From NCBI GenBank assembly GCA_963777955.1, contig CAVZSQ010000003.1:64001-128000 (forward strand): a stretch of DNA of 64,000 nucleotides, read 5' to 3'. The DNA is from Calditrichia bacterium (lineage in GTDB: Bacteria > Calditrichota > Calditrichia > JAJRVZ01). This document shows positions 42,436 through 53,565 of the stretch, in pieces; position 1 is the first letter of the stretch; every line of letters begins with the position of its first letter. Both the position numbers and the translations under genes were made by a program. The notes beneath the pieces were generated by a model, which had not been told where the DNA came from, made no database searches, and worked only from the letters and a program-made list of their open reading frames with translations.

Positions 42436-43356
42436 ATGATACTTTCTGTAAGAGCTGTCATCCTGATAAGTGCCTGTATATTCGGTCAGACGATTTACGC
42501 CGGAATATATCGTGAGCAACTCAATTTAAAAGATCTTTTACCGGATAGCGCAGAACTGCAGGATTGGTCAAACAGCGGGGAAACTCGCCTGGCAGCTGGA
42601 AAAGATTTATATTTGTTGATTGACGGGGGTGCAGAGATTTACTATGAATATGGATTTAAGGAAGTTATTTTTCAATCCTATAGCCATGTAAACGGTCAAT
42701 CGATAAATCTGGAAATCTATGAAATGAATAATCCGGACGCTGCCTACGGAGTATATACCTTTAAAACCGGGAGCGACGGTATCCCTCTTGACATTGGGCA
42801 GGAAAGCTGGCTGGAATCATATTTCCTGAATAGTTGGAGGGGTAACTATATTGTTACCGTGATAGGTTTAAATGAGGATACAGTCACAATTGCAGGAATA
42901 AAAAAAATAGCAGGGATTGTCGACTCTAAAATAGTCAGCGCATCGCCGTACCCACAGATCTTATCCTATTTACCCCGGGAAAACCTGAGGTTAAACAGCA
43001 TATATTACCTGAAGGGCAATCTGGCTTTATTCAATTATTATTTATTCAGCAGTGCGAATATTTTTGGTGTACAGGAAGGTGTGGTCGGAGAATATCCCGA
43101 TCATACCGTCTTCATATTTCAGTATGCTGATAAGTCAGAATCGGAAAAATGGTATAAAGCAGCGAAAAATCATTTAAAAATAAGTGATCGTTTTAAGGGT
43201 TACACAGAAACCGGTAATACGGTCAGTATTTGTGATGTAAAGAATCAGTTCATAATGTGCAAACAGTATCAAAAATGGATCGTACTTCTCCTCAGTGATG
43301 GGAACGTTGATACAGAAAGAATTTTTAATTCTTTGCGGTCAAAATTGGATTTTTAA
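42436..43356 (+). CDS. Secreted DUF6599-like protein
   Basis: Signal peptide; LY..IDGGAEIY.EYGF, EIYEM....AYGVY motif. Confidence 0.65.
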   Translation: MILSVRAVILISACIFGQTIYAGIYREQLNLKDLLPDSAELQDWSNSGETRLAAGKDLYLLIDGGAEIYYEYGFKEVIFQSYSHVNGQSINLEIYEMNNPDAAYGVYTFKTGSDGIPLDIGQESWLESYFLNSWRGNYIVTVIGLNEDTVTIAGIKKIAGIVDSKIVSASPYPQILSYLPRENLRLNSIYYLKGNLALFNYYLFSSANIFGVQEGVVGEYPDHTVFIFQYADKSESEKWYKAAKNHLKISDRFKGYTETGNTVSICDVKNQFIMCKQYQKWIVLLLSDGNVDTERIFNSLRSKLDF

Positions 43357-43374
43357 AATTAAGGAGCAGCGTTC

Positions 43375-44307
43375 ATGAATATTCAATTCCTGGATCCGTT
43401 AACCAAGGCATTAAACCGGATGAAGCAGGCACTTTTTAAACCATTTGATCTGAAGAAATGGTTTGTGGTGGGCTTCACAGCCTTCCTGGCCGAATTGTCG
43501 GATTTTACCCGCGGCGGCGGGTCGCAAACCGGCAGGGAAAGCGCGGGTGACTTCGGTTGGCAGGACGCGCTTAATTTTCCACAGACAGCCCGGGAGTGGC
43601 TGCAGGAAAATCCCGAATGGTTTGCCCTGATTATTGCCGGAATATGCGTAATACTGGTTATTATAGTATTGTTCACCTGGCTGAGTTCCCGCGGTAAATT
43701 TATGTTCTTAGACAATGTGACCCATGACCGGGCTCAGGTCAAAAAGCCCTGGCAGGAATTCAGAATCCAGGGCAATTCACTGTTCAGCTGGTACCTGATT
43801 TTTATATTTACGGCTCTCACGGTCTTCATCCTCTATCTGGTAAATTGTTATAATTATATTTATGATCTCTACAACAATAATATGGAAGTAAAGGTGCTCC
43901 TCTCCCCGGCCATCTGGATGATAGCCGGATTGCTGGTCTTATGGCTGGTCATATCATTTATTGACCTGCTGCTAACCGATTTTGTAGTACCGCTGATGTA
44001 CAGATACCGGTTGAGTACCAGTGACGCCTGGCATATGTTCTTGCCTTTACTGTATGCCCATCTTGGTTACTTTTTGGGATATGCAGTTATGGTCTTTTTT
44101 ATTTACCTGCTGGTTGTAACCGGGGTTATTATTGTGGGCTTGTTCACCTGCTGTATCGGTTTTCTGTTCCTGATCATTCCTTATATTAATTCGGTTACTC
44201 TCCTGCCGGTTTCATATACCATGCGGGCATTCAGTGTTGAGTTTCTGCAACAATTTGGTCCGGACTATCATATATTTCCCGAACCTGCCGAAGGATCGAG
44301 GAAATAA
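43375..44307 (+). CDS. Conserved multi-pass membrane protein of unknown function
   Basis: AAGGAG RBS; PFDLKKW..GF.AFLA, SRGKFMFLD, DFVVP.MY, TCCIG; about 6 TM segments. Confidence 0.75.
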   Translation: MNIQFLDPLTKALNRMKQALFKPFDLKKWFVVGFTAFLAELSDFTRGGGSQTGRESAGDFGWQDALNFPQTAREWLQENPEWFALIIAGICVILVIIVLFTWLSSRGKFMFLDNVTHDRAQVKKPWQEFRIQGNSLFSWYLIFIFTALTVFILYLVNCYNYIYDLYNNNMEVKVLLSPAIWMIAGLLVLWLVISFIDLLLTDFVVPLMYRYRLSTSDAWHMFLPLLYAHLGYFLGYAVMVFFIYLLVVTGVIIVGLFTCCIGFLFLIIPYINSVTLLPVSYTMRAFSVEFLQQFGPDYHIFPEPAEGSRK

Positions 44308-44313
44308 TTTACT

Positions 44314-44625
44314 ATGGTCAACTGTGCACAGTGCAAACAGGAATTAGGGAGTAAGCAAAAAGAGGAGCTGGTCGCTTCCATCTCGGGTGGTATTATGGGG
44401 GATGAGTACATCGAGACATATTTTTTTTGCGCAAAATGCGGGGTATATACTGTAGAGGTTTATCATGACCGGTTTTCAGGACCGGAGGAAATATTTGTTA
44501 ATGGTCCGATTGCCAAAGCAGAGGGGGATGAAAAAGTCGCACTGATAAAGCAGTGTTCAGAGCCCTGGAATAAAAAATGCCGCTGTGCTGCACATCGTGC
44601 CTACTTTGGGGATTCGTTAGATTGA
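44314..44625 (+). CDS. Small Cys-rich, probably metal-binding protein
   Basis: CAQC, CAKC and C-x6-CRC-x2-H; GDEY..YF, DRFSG. Confidence 0.7.
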   Translation: MVNCAQCKQELGSKQKEELVASISGGIMGDEYIETYFFCAKCGVYTVEVYHDRFSGPEEIFVNGPIAKAEGDEKVALIKQCSEPWNKKCRCAAHRAYFGDSLD

Positions 44626-44637
44626 GAGGAGATTAAA

Positions 44638-45752
44638 ATGTCCAAAAGTGTAATTAAATATTCAATCGGAATATAAATTATGCGCACTTTCTTCCTGAAG
44701 ATTTGCGTATAGAGGGTACCATTAAACCGGAGATCCGCTACCGGGGCCTGTATGAGGTCGTGGTGTATAACGGCAGGTTGAATCTCAGCGGTGTATTTAA
44801 TCCTCCCGATTTAAATGGTTTAAATGTACCAGTTCAGGACATAATCTGGAAGGACGCGATTTTATCTGTCGGGATTACCGATATGAAAGGTATACAGGAC
44901 TTCATCGAAATAGTCTGGAATGAAAAGAAATATTCAGCTAGTCCCGGCATTGAAAGCAAAGACGTCATGTTCTCCGGTATAAGTATTAATCCTCTGTCAA
45001 ACGCAGAACAGGTTAAAAAATATGAATTCAATGTTCAGATTAATCTGAATGGCAGTTACGGATTGTTTTTCGTCCCGGCAGGCAAAGAAACCCGGGTTGA
45101 ACTTAGTTCCGATTGGAACAATCCGAGTTTCACCGGAACTTATTTACCGGAAAACCGGGAAATAACCAAGGATGGTTTCCGGGCCAGCTGGAAGGTGCTG
45201 CACCTGAATCGTAATTTTCCTCAAAGCTGGCTGGGTCCGCAGTACAAGGTAGCGGATTCTGCTTTTGGCCTGGATTTACTTTTAGCAATTGATGAATATC
45301 AGAAGACGATGCGAACGACCAAATATGCCATCTTATTCCTATCGCTGACTTTTCTGACATTTTTTATGATTGAATTGTTAAGTAAAAAAGTTATCCATCC
45401 TATTCAATATATGCTGATTGGATTTGCGCTATTAATATTTTATACGCTTTTATTATCATTGTCGGAGTACCTTTTATTTAAATACGCCTACCTGATCGCC
45501 GCTGCGGCTATCATTATATTAATTTCGCTTTATTCGGTCAGCGTCCTGCATAACCTCCGGCAGACCGGGATCATCACCGGTATCTTAGTATTATTATATG
45601 GCTATTTATATACGATATTACAACTACAGGATTATGCTTTATTGATGGGCAGCATCGGATTGTTTATCGTGCTGGCTGTGGTAATGTACCTGACCAGGAG
45701 CATCGATTGGTTCACCATCATCAGTGAACAGGGTCCGAAAGATTCCAACTAG
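44638..45752 (+). pseudogene. creD: Inner membrane protein CreD lacking most of its N-terminal region
   Basis: YAHFLPE..I.G...PEIRYRGLY, W..PSF.G.YLP, F.A.W, YQKT.R..KYAILF, IHPIQY.LIG, LLLSLSE, QDYALL.GS. RBS and ATG 44638 read MSKSVIKYSIGI-stop; the first TM and the ER..W..Q..GP segment are missing. Confidence 0.72.
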
Positions 45753-46134
45753 GGTATGGATTCGCAGATAGCGGAATATCAAATAACTCCTGTTCTGATT
45801 CCGTCACTGCGTTGGTGCCTAAGGCAGTTGAATCGCACTGATTTGGATTTTTTACGATCATTTAAAACCGTGATAGATTTCCTGCTCAAACCTGACACGA
45901 TGATGAGGTGTTCTCATGGTTCTCCGGATTAATTTTAATATAGAATTATTTTGTGAAATACTATCCGAATGTGATCTTCCGGTAAAAAACTGGTGGCTGC
46001 GGAAATATTTAGCGAACAATAATATTTAAAAAATAATGCAACTATAACGGCATTTTTACGTGATATCCAACCAAAGACGCGCCCCGGCCATATAATGATT
46101 TGTTTTTAAATACAAATATTCACAGGTATAAAGC

Positions 46135-47046
46135 ATGTCTGCCGTTGAACTTCAAAACGTTACCAAAACCTTTGGTAACCACGTAGCCGTTGCGGATTTA
46201 ACATTATCTGTGCCAAAAGGAAGTGTGTATGGTTTTATTGGTCCTAATGGATCGGGTAAAACAACAACTCTGCGTATGATCATGAATATTCTTTTCCCGG
46301 ATTCGGGAGAAATAAAAGTTTTCGGTGAAACACTCAAATCATCGACCTGCGACCGGATAGGATACATGCCCGAAGAGCGGGGTTTATATCAGCGTATGAA
46401 AGTGCGGGATTTATTAATATTTTTTGGGGGGCTGAAGAACGGTCAGGGCATTAAATCCAGGGTGGATTATTGGCTGGAGAGACTGGATCTGGCTAAATGG
46501 GCCGGCCAGAAAGTCGAAACGCTCAGTAAAGGTATGAGTCAGAAAGTGCAATTTATCGCCACAGTTGTAGCCAAGCCGGAATTGGTAATTCTGGATGAGC
46601 CATTCACCGGTTTGGATCCGGTAAATAGTGAAGTTATCAAAAATGCCATTCTGGAATTGCAGGATAACGGCACTACTGTCATTTTCAGTACCCATGACAT
46701 GAATATGGCCGAACGGATGTGTGATTTTATATTTATGATTTTTAAAGGGCAGAAGGTATTGGATGGTACCTTAACTTCGATTCAGGATAATTACGGTGAT
46801 GATACTATCAGGGTACAGACCGATCAGGGTGCGGATATTTTGCATGATATTGATGGAATTGAAAAGGTCAATGATTACGGTAATCTGCAGGAATTACGCA
46901 TACTGCCCAATGCTGATCCGCAGCAGATACTGAAAACAATATTGGCACGGACAAGGATTCGTAGTTTCCAGATCGTTAAGCCGTCTCTGCATGATATTTT
47001 TATTCGCATTGCCGGACCTGAAGCAAAGGAGATCGCTCATGCGTAA
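46135..47046 (+). CDS. ABC-2 type exporter ATP-binding subunit (NatA/YhaQ-like)
   Basis: GPNGSGKT, GYMPEERGLY, LSKGMSQK, ILDEPFTGLD, STH, PSLHDIFI. Confidence 0.92.
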   Translation: MSAVELQNVTKTFGNHVAVADLTLSVPKGSVYGFIGPNGSGKTTTLRMIMNILFPDSGEIKVFGETLKSSTCDRIGYMPEERGLYQRMKVRDLLIFFGGLKNGQGIKSRVDYWLERLDLAKWAGQKVETLSKGMSQKVQFIATVVAKPELVILDEPFTGLDPVNSEVIKNAILELQDNGTTVIFSTHDMNMAERMCDFIFMIFKGQKVLDGTLTSIQDNYGDDTIRVQTDQGADILHDIDGIEKVNDYGNLQELRILPNADPQQILKTILARTRIRSFQIVKPSLHDIFIRIAGPEAKEIAHA

Positions 47047-48358
47047 AGTGCTAAGATATGCCGGACGGGAGTACCTGGCGGCAGTCCGCACGAAGGGTTT
47101 TATTATCGGTTTGATTCTGGCACCGGTGCTGATGAGCGGAGGATTCATAGCTTTTCTTTTGCTTAAAGACAGGGTTGATACAACGGATAAGCATATGGCG
47201 ATTATTGATCATACCGGCGGAATAGTTACCGAATCATTATTTAAAGCAGCGGAGTATCGTAATACTAATGAGCTGCTGGACAAGAATTCCGGTAAAAAAA
47301 TCAAACCGGCATATTATTTTGAACCTGTTGATCCTGATACCCATAATACCAGTAGACAACTTCTTGAATTATCTGACCGGGTAAGGCGGAATGATCTCTA
47401 TGCTTTCGTAGTAATCTATCCCGATATTATTCATCCCGATCCAAAGACAAAGAATACGAAAATAGCATTTTACGGCCGCAGCGCCGCGATGGATGATGTA
47501 CGGGATTGGATCATGTGGCCGGTTAATGATCATCTTCGCAAGTTACGTCTCAACGATGCCGGGATAAAAGAATCTGCAGTCGCCGATCTGTTTTACTGGG
47601 TAAATGTTGAAGGATTAAATCTGCTTTCAGTGGATAAAAATACCGGCACAATCGGCGATGCACGCAAAGCCAGTCCAATTGACGCATTGTTGGTTCCCAT
47701 TGTGATTATGATGATCATGTTTTTAATGATCATGATGAGTGTCCCCGGCATGCTGACCTCGGTTATGGAGGAGAAAACACAGCGAATAGCAGAGGTACTG
47801 TTAGCCTCGATTACTCCTTTTGAATTTATGCTGGCGAAATTACTGGCTGGTGTGGCGGTATCGCTTACCAGTTCAGCGGTATATATAATTGGTGGTGTAA
47901 CGGCAGTGACGTATATGGGTTTCGATGAATTTATACCTTTTCATGTCCTGCCCTGGTTTTTGATCTATATGTTGCTTTCAATCATTATGTTTGGATCCAT
48001 CTCAACGGCGCTGGGATCAACCTGCAGCGAGGCTAAAGATGCTCAGTCGCTGAATTTTCCAGCCATATTGCCTGCCATTATACCGATGTTTATATATTTC
48101 CCGGTAGCCAAGGAGCCGTTGAGTAGTTTTGCTACCTGGTTGTCACTCATCCCGCCGTTCACGCCGTTATTGATGGTTTTACGGCTGGGTACACCAGCCA
48201 GCATTCCGGTCTGGCAGCCTTTTCTGGGATTAGCCGGCGTGCTATTATGCACTTTATTTTTTGTGTGGGTGGGCAGCCGGATCTTTCGAATAGCGATTTT
48301 AACGCAGGGTACTCCGCCAAAACTTTCCAATATTCTCCGCTGGGCCGTACGGGGCTAA
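47039..48358 (+). CDS. ABC-2 type exporter permease (NatB/YhaP-like)
   Basis: ATG 47039 overlapping the ATPase end; REY...VRTKGF, VMEEKTQRIAEVLL.S, LS.IPPFTP.LM..R. Confidence 0.9.
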   Translation: MRKVLRYAGREYLAAVRTKGFIIGLILAPVLMSGGFIAFLLLKDRVDTTDKHMAIIDHTGGIVTESLFKAAEYRNTNELLDKNSGKKIKPAYYFEPVDPDTHNTSRQLLELSDRVRRNDLYAFVVIYPDIIHPDPKTKNTKIAFYGRSAAMDDVRDWIMWPVNDHLRKLRLNDAGIKESAVADLFYWVNVEGLNLLSVDKNTGTIGDARKASPIDALLVPIVIMMIMFLMIMMSVPGMLTSVMEEKTQRIAEVLLASITPFEFMLAKLLAGVAVSLTSSAVYIIGGVTAVTYMGFDEFIPFHVLPWFLIYMLLSIIMFGSISTALGSTCSEAKDAQSLNFPAILPAIIPMFIYFPVAKEPLSSFATWLSLIPPFTPLLMVLRLGTPASIPVWQPFLGLAGVLLCTLFFVWVGSRIFRIAILTQGTPPKLSNILRWAVRG

Positions 48359-48428
48359 AGGATTTCTTCTGCACCCCGGGCCTTGATTATAACAGAATAA
48401 TTTATAAAATTTGGCAAAGGGTGTATAA

Positions 48429-48980
48429 ATGAACTACAAGCTGTTCATAATACTCATTTCCACTGTAATTCTGCTTGTACTGTCCTGGCGATCCTTACGG
48501 CATCCTGATTATCATGGCTTTTACCGGTTTTTTGCCTGGGAGTTGATCATCGTTCAAATCAGTATTGCTCTGCCGGTGTGGTTTAAGGAGCCCTGCGGCT
48601 GGCATCAGTTGATATCCTGGTTTCTGTTAGGCCTGTCCTTGCCGGTTCTCTATCAGGCAGTTGCGGGATTAAAGCAATCGGGTGGTGAAAGAATCAAACG
48701 GGACAATGATCAAAACTATACCTTTGAGAACACCAGTAAACTGGTTACGCGGGGAATCTATGCCCGGATTCGTCACCCGATGTACGGTTCACTCCTGTTA
48801 CTTAGCTGGGGTGTGTTTTTTAAATATCCTTACGGGTGGGGGATCATTCTGGCCATGCTGGCCTCGCTAGGCCTGTACGCGACGGCCAGGATCGAGGAAA
48901 AGGAAAATATCACAACGTTCGGTGTAGCCTATCTGGAGTATATGAAAAACAGTAAAATGTTCATTCCTTATTTGTTCTGA
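48429..48980 (+). CDS. Isoprenylcysteine carboxyl methyltransferase (ICMT/PEMT) family membrane protein
   Basis: LVTRGIYARIRHPMY, EEKE...FG.AY.EY....MFIP. Confidence 0.88.
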   Translation: MNYKLFIILISTVILLVLSWRSLRHPDYHGFYRFFAWELIIVQISIALPVWFKEPCGWHQLISWFLLGLSLPVLYQAVAGLKQSGGERIKRDNDQNYTFENTSKLVTRGIYARIRHPMYGSLLLLSWGVFFKYPYGWGIILAMLASLGLYATARIEEKENITTFGVAYLEYMKNSKMFIPYLF

Positions 48981-49354
48981 CAGGCAGTACAACTACCGAC
49001 AGGAAAAATTCCAAGTATCAAATTCCAAATCCCGGATGAAATCGTTTTAATTAAAAAAATGTTGTCCTTAAGTAATGATTGGGTTATCTTAAAACATCGG
49101 TAGTATTCCGCATTATTTATATCATTTCGAATACAGGTACCTGTTTACTGGAACAAACCGATCACTATGGATTATCGTGGTACGGTTTCCACAGATCTGC
49201 TGATAGTCGGATTATTGAACGAGAAATTTGGCCGATTCAGCGTGATTCTATCCTGATAGTAAAAACAGCCAGCACCGGAAGCAGGTCAAATCAACAGATC
49301 AATAGATTGAGGTCGCAATATTATATAAGTTGTGGAAGTGGAGAGTGAGCAGAG

Positions 49355-50167
49355 ATGCGTAAAATTGTTATCATAACTGATCTGGATGGAACCTTGCTGC
49401 ATCCCGGGACGTATTCTTATGAGGAGGCTCGACCGGCATTGCAGTTGATCCGGGAGCTGGGGATTCCATTAATCTTTTGCTCAAGCAAAACGCGGGCTGA
49501 AATAGAAGTTTACCGGAAAAAACTTAACAATCATCATCCTTTTATCTCGGAGAATGGAGGGGGAATATTTATTCCCGCAGATTACTTCTCATTCCCTGTC
49601 AAGGCCCGGAAATTCAGAAATTATCATCTGCTCACGCTGGGCCAGCCCTATTCAGAAATTCGCAGGCAGTTCGCGGCTTTAAGAAATAGTCTGAAAGTAA
49701 ATGTGGAAGGCTTTGGGGATATGAGCGTCGAGAGAATTGCCGGATTGACCAATCTTTCAATCAAAGAGGCTCAGCTGGCCCGTAAACGGGATTTTGATGA
49801 ATCCTTTATTTTTAATGATAAACCGGACCGTCGTTTTCTGCGGGCCATCGAAAAGACGGGATTGCAGTGGACCGAGGGACGGTTGTTTCATATCATGGGA
49901 AGCCACGACAAGGGCAAAGCAGTCGGTATTTTAAAGGAGTTCTATACGCGGAAAATGGGGCAGATAGAGACGATCGGCTTAGGAGATAGTATGAACGATT
50001 TACCCCTGCTGAAAGCAGTGGATCAGCCCGTACTGATCTGCCATGAGGATGGCAGCTACGATACAGGCATTAAGATTCCCGCACTTATTAAAACCGGACC
50101 TGCCGGCGACAGGGGCTGGAATACTGTTGTTCTGGCACTGCTGGCAGCGAGGTTAAAGTCGTATTGA
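49355..50167 (+). CDS. gpgP: Glucosyl/mannosyl-3-phosphoglycerate phosphatase (HAD IIB, MpgP/YedP family)
   Basis: TDLDGTLL, CSSKTRAE, PFISENGG, DKGKAV, GLGDSMNDLPLL; adjacent to a gpgS-like gene. Confidence 0.85.
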   Translation: MRKIVIITDLDGTLLHPGTYSYEEARPALQLIRELGIPLIFCSSKTRAEIEVYRKKLNNHHPFISENGGGIFIPADYFSFPVKARKFRNYHLLTLGQPYSEIRRQFAALRNSLKVNVEGFGDMSVERIAGLTNLSIKEAQLARKRDFDESFIFNDKPDRRFLRAIEKTGLQWTEGRLFHIMGSHDKGKAVGILKEFYTRKMGQIETIGLGDSMNDLPLLKAVDQPVLICHEDGSYDTGIKIPALIKTGPAGDRGWNTVVLALLAARLKSY

Positions 50168-50282
50168 ATCTGATGGTATTTTGTAGATCAAGGTTGGACG
50201 CGGTTGATTTTCAATTTGCAGTTTACAGAAAACAATTTTGTTTAAAGTGTAACAGTCAGCTAGCCTAAGGGTAACACAATTT

Positions 50283-51545
50283 ATGCAGGGTATTGTATCC
50301 CGAAAAGAAGTTGCAGAACAACTGGAAAAAATAAAAGAAGTCGATATCCTGATTGGTATTCCCAGTTATAATAATGCACGTACCATCGGTCATGTGGTTA
50401 AAGCGGTACAGGCAGGACTGAATAAATATTTTCCAGGTACAACGGTCCGTGCTGGTTAATTCCGATGGCGGTTCCACAGATGGAACGACGGATGTGGTGA
50501 AAAATACGGTAATCGAGGATTTTGATTCTATCCTGCTGCATCACCGCATCGATCCATTTTTCAAGATTGTAACACCGTACATGGGCTTGCCGGGAAAAGG
50601 AAGTGCTTTTCGCGCAATATTTGAAATCGCCAGTGAACTCAAAGTTAAAGGCCTGCGCGGTGGTAGATTCGGATTTGCGCAGTATTACACCGGAGTGGAT
50701 CGAATTATTGATCAAACCGGTACTCGAGTATGGTTTCGATTATGTTACGCCTCTTTATCACCGGCATAAATATGACGGTACCATAACCAACAGTATTATC
50801 TACCCGTTGACGCGGGCACTTTACGGAAAAAGGATTCGCCAGCCGATTGGTGGTGATTTTGGATTTTCCGGTCAGTTACTTAAATTCTTACTCACAAAAA
50901 ATGTATGGCAAACGGATATTGCCCGTTATGGCATAGATATATGGATAACCACAGAAGCCTTAGCCAACGGATTCAAAATTGCCCAATCGTTTCTTGGTGC
51001 TAAAATTCATGATCCCAAGGATCCGGGCTCGGATTTAAGCACGATGCTGGCTCAGGTTGTCGGTTCCACATTCGGTTTAATGGAGACCTATCAGGACATC
51101 TGGAAAAAGATTAACGGTTCGGAACAGGTTCCTTCTTTCGGATTTCTACTATGCAGTACAACCGGAAAATATCAAAGTAAATGTAAGCCGGATGCTGGCG
51201 ATATTCAGGGATGGTGTCAAAGAATTACGGGAAATATTATTGATAATTATCGGCGCGGGGGATTTGAGTAACCTGGAGAGTCTGACCGGATTGCCTGATC
51301 GGCACTTTACATTTCCGGTGAGCTTGTGGACGAGGATTATTTATGATTATGCGCTGGCTTACTACAAGAAAAAATTGCCTGCTGAACACTTATTAAAATC
51401 ACTTACTCCGCTCTATCTGGGTAAAACAGTTTCCTTTGTACAGGAAATGGAAAATCTGGAGCAAGCCGGAGTGGAAACAGCGATAGAAAAACTTTGTCTT
51501 GAATTTGAACGGGAGAAAAACCATTTGATTAATAATTGGATATAA
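50283..51545 (+). CDS. GT-A glycosyltransferase, glucosylglycerate/mannosylglycerate synthase-like (+1 frameshifts near 50441, 50648 and 51146)
   Basis: ATG 50283 reads ..ILIGIPSYNNARTIGHVV; then VNSDGGSTDGT, PGKGSAFR, VDSDLRSITPEW, YHRHKYDGTITN, IRQPIGGDFG, YGIDIWITT, KIHDPKDPG, PLYLG. Confidence 0.78.
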
Positions 51546-51560
51546 AATAAGGAGTGCGCC

Positions 51561-52256
51561 ATGAATGAATTTTTGCAACTTATTTTAGAACCGTTGCAGG
51601 AGGTACTTTTAAAGTTTATGGAATACACACCGAATATCATTGCCGCTTTGACAATTATTTTCGTCGGTATTCTGTTCGCCCGTATGATATACCTGATTCT
51701 TCTACGAATCTTAAAAGCATTAAAGTTTGACAGCTGGAGTGACCGGATGGGTCTTACCAGTGTTTTGAGGAAAAGTGATTTATGGACGAAGCCATCGGAA
51801 ACCAGTGCAACGGTAATTTACTGGTTCTTTCTTATCGTCTTTGTCATGGCTGGATTGAGTGCTTTGCGTCTGGAAGCCATCGATAACCTGGTAGCGCAAT
51901 TTTTTCTTTATTTACCACGGGCCTTTTCGGCGGTACTGATACTTATTTTCGGATATATTGTGGCGGCATTTATCAGCCGGGCGGTGTTGATAATGGCGGT
52001 AAATAGCGGGTATTATTATGCCAAACTTCTTGCTGATGCAATAAAGCTTCTGCTTACGGTTCTGATCCTGGCCATGGCGCTGGAGCAGTTCCGCATCGCA
52101 CCGGGTATCGTCATCGCAGCATTCTCTATTACCTTTGGTGGAATTGTACTGGCCCTGGCGATATCCTTTGGTGTCGGTGGAATCGATTCAGCGCGAAAAA
52201 TGATCGAAAGGGAGGAAGGAAATAAAGAAGAAAAAAAGGATATAGAGCATATCTAA
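51561..52256 (+). CDS. MscS-associated TM-helix repeat protein (CmpX-like)
   Basis: Two YxP.I..A..I...G repeats; C-terminal ALAISFGVGG; no MscS cytoplasmic cage. Confidence 0.78.
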   Translation: MNEFLQLILEPLQEVLLKFMEYTPNIIAALTIIFVGILFARMIYLILLRILKALKFDSWSDRMGLTSVLRKSDLWTKPSETSATVIYWFFLIVFVMAGLSALRLEAIDNLVAQFFLYLPRAFSAVLILIFGYIVAAFISRAVLIMAVNSGYYYAKLLADAIKLLLTVLILAMALEQFRIAPGIVIAAFSITFGGIVLALAISFGVGGIDSARKMIEREEGNKEEKKDIEHI

Positions 52257-52268
52257 AAGGAGCCGGCT

Positions 52269-53486
52269 ATGTCAGATTTTTACCAAACCGGAGTCATTAC
52301 CACACTCCACAATCTGGGTAAACCGTCGTTGGAACGATTAGAATTGGAATTGCATGAATATTCCAAAGTTCGGCCGGTGACACTGGTATTGCCGGCGCTG
52401 TATTCCGAGTTTGAGGGGACGGCTATGCCGCGTATCATTGAAGAACTGGCCAAGGTGAAATACCTGGATGAAATTGTACTCGTTCTGGATAACGCTTCCG
52501 AAAAGGATTTTCGAAATGTTAAATTATTTATGTCACCCATTCCATACAGTGTCAAGATTATCAATAATCAAGGGAAACGGATAAAAGAAATTTACCATAC
52601 CCTGGCCAGGAATGGTCTGGAAGTGGGCCAACAAGGGAAAGGCCGTTCGGCCTGGCTGGCGTATGGTTATGTCATTGCCCGGAACCGTTCGGATGTCATT
52701 GTTTTGCATGATTGTGATATAGTCAGTTACAGTCGCGAATTGTTAGCCTGGCTATGTTACCCGGTGGTAAATCCCAATCTGGACTATGTTTTCTGCAAGG
52801 GATTTTACAGCCGGGTTACCGACCGGATGCATGGCCGGGTAACACGGTTACTGATTACTCCTCTGATCCGTTCTTTGCAGGTCTTGCATGGTGAGCACGG
52901 TTTCCTGAAATTTCTGGATAGTTTTCGGTATCCCTTAGCGGGTGAATTTTGCATGATAACTGATATGGCCAGGGTTAACCGGATTCCCTGGGACTGGGGT
53001 TTGGAAATCGGATCTCTAGCTGAGGTTTATCGTAACTACTCCCCGCGTCGTATATGCCAGGTGGATATTGCCGGCACCTATGAGCATAAACATCAGAATC
53101 TTTCGGTAGATAATCCGGAACAAGGCTTGATGAAAATGGCGATTGATATCTGTAAATCTATATTCCGAACCATGGCGGCAGAAGGGGTGATATTTAACGA
53201 CGGATCTTTCAAGGCGTTGGCAGTGACCTATCTGCGCCATGCCGAAGATACGATTATGAAATATGAGGCCGATGCTACAATCAATGGACTTATATTCGAC
53301 CGGCATGAAGAGGCCAAAGCCGTTGAAGCATTTACCAAGGGGATTGCCATGGCTGCTCAACTATACCTGGAAAATCCATTAGGTACACCGTTGATCCCTA
53401 ACTGGAACCGGGTCACCTCTGCTATCCCTACAATCCTGATGATGTTAATGCTGGCGGTGGATGAGGATAATAAAGAATATCCATAA
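52269..53486 (+). CDS. gpgS: Glucosyl-3-phosphoglycerate synthase
   Basis: MSDFYQTGVITTLH, LPALYSE, GKGR..W, HDCDI..Y, FCKGFYSR, GRVTRL, FRYPLAGEF, DWGLE.G.L.EV, YEHKHQ, IPNWNRV. Confidence 0.82.
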   Translation: MSDFYQTGVITTLHNLGKPSLERLELELHEYSKVRPVTLVLPALYSEFEGTAMPRIIEELAKVKYLDEIVLVLDNASEKDFRNVKLFMSPIPYSVKIINNQGKRIKEIYHTLARNGLEVGQQGKGRSAWLAYGYVIARNRSDVIVLHDCDIVSYSRELLAWLCYPVVNPNLDYVFCKGFYSRVTDRMHGRVTRLLITPLIRSLQVLHGEHGFLKFLDSFRYPLAGEFCMITDMARVNRIPWDWGLEIGSLAEVYRNYSPRRICQVDIAGTYEHKHQNLSVDNPEQGLMKMAIDICKSIFRTMAAEGVIFNDGSFKALAVTYLRHAEDTIMKYEADATINGLIFDRHEEAKAVEAFTKGIAMAAQLYLENPLGTPLIPNWNRVTSAIPTILMMLMLAVDEDNKEYP

Positions 53487-53565
53487 ACATGCACCTGAAA
53501 CATCCCCTTTATGAAAAATATTACGGGAATTCGATTTGTATGTATTAGTGCTAAGACTAGGTTGA

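Noticed and set aside
45780..45917. Minus-strand GGAG + ATG (45917) short ORF
   Set aside because: Only 19 codons as read; about 45 if an insertion is assumed, with no recognisable features.
49079..49348. 89-aa ORF upstream of gpgP
   Set aside because: TTG start, no RBS, no recognisable motif; probably spurious.
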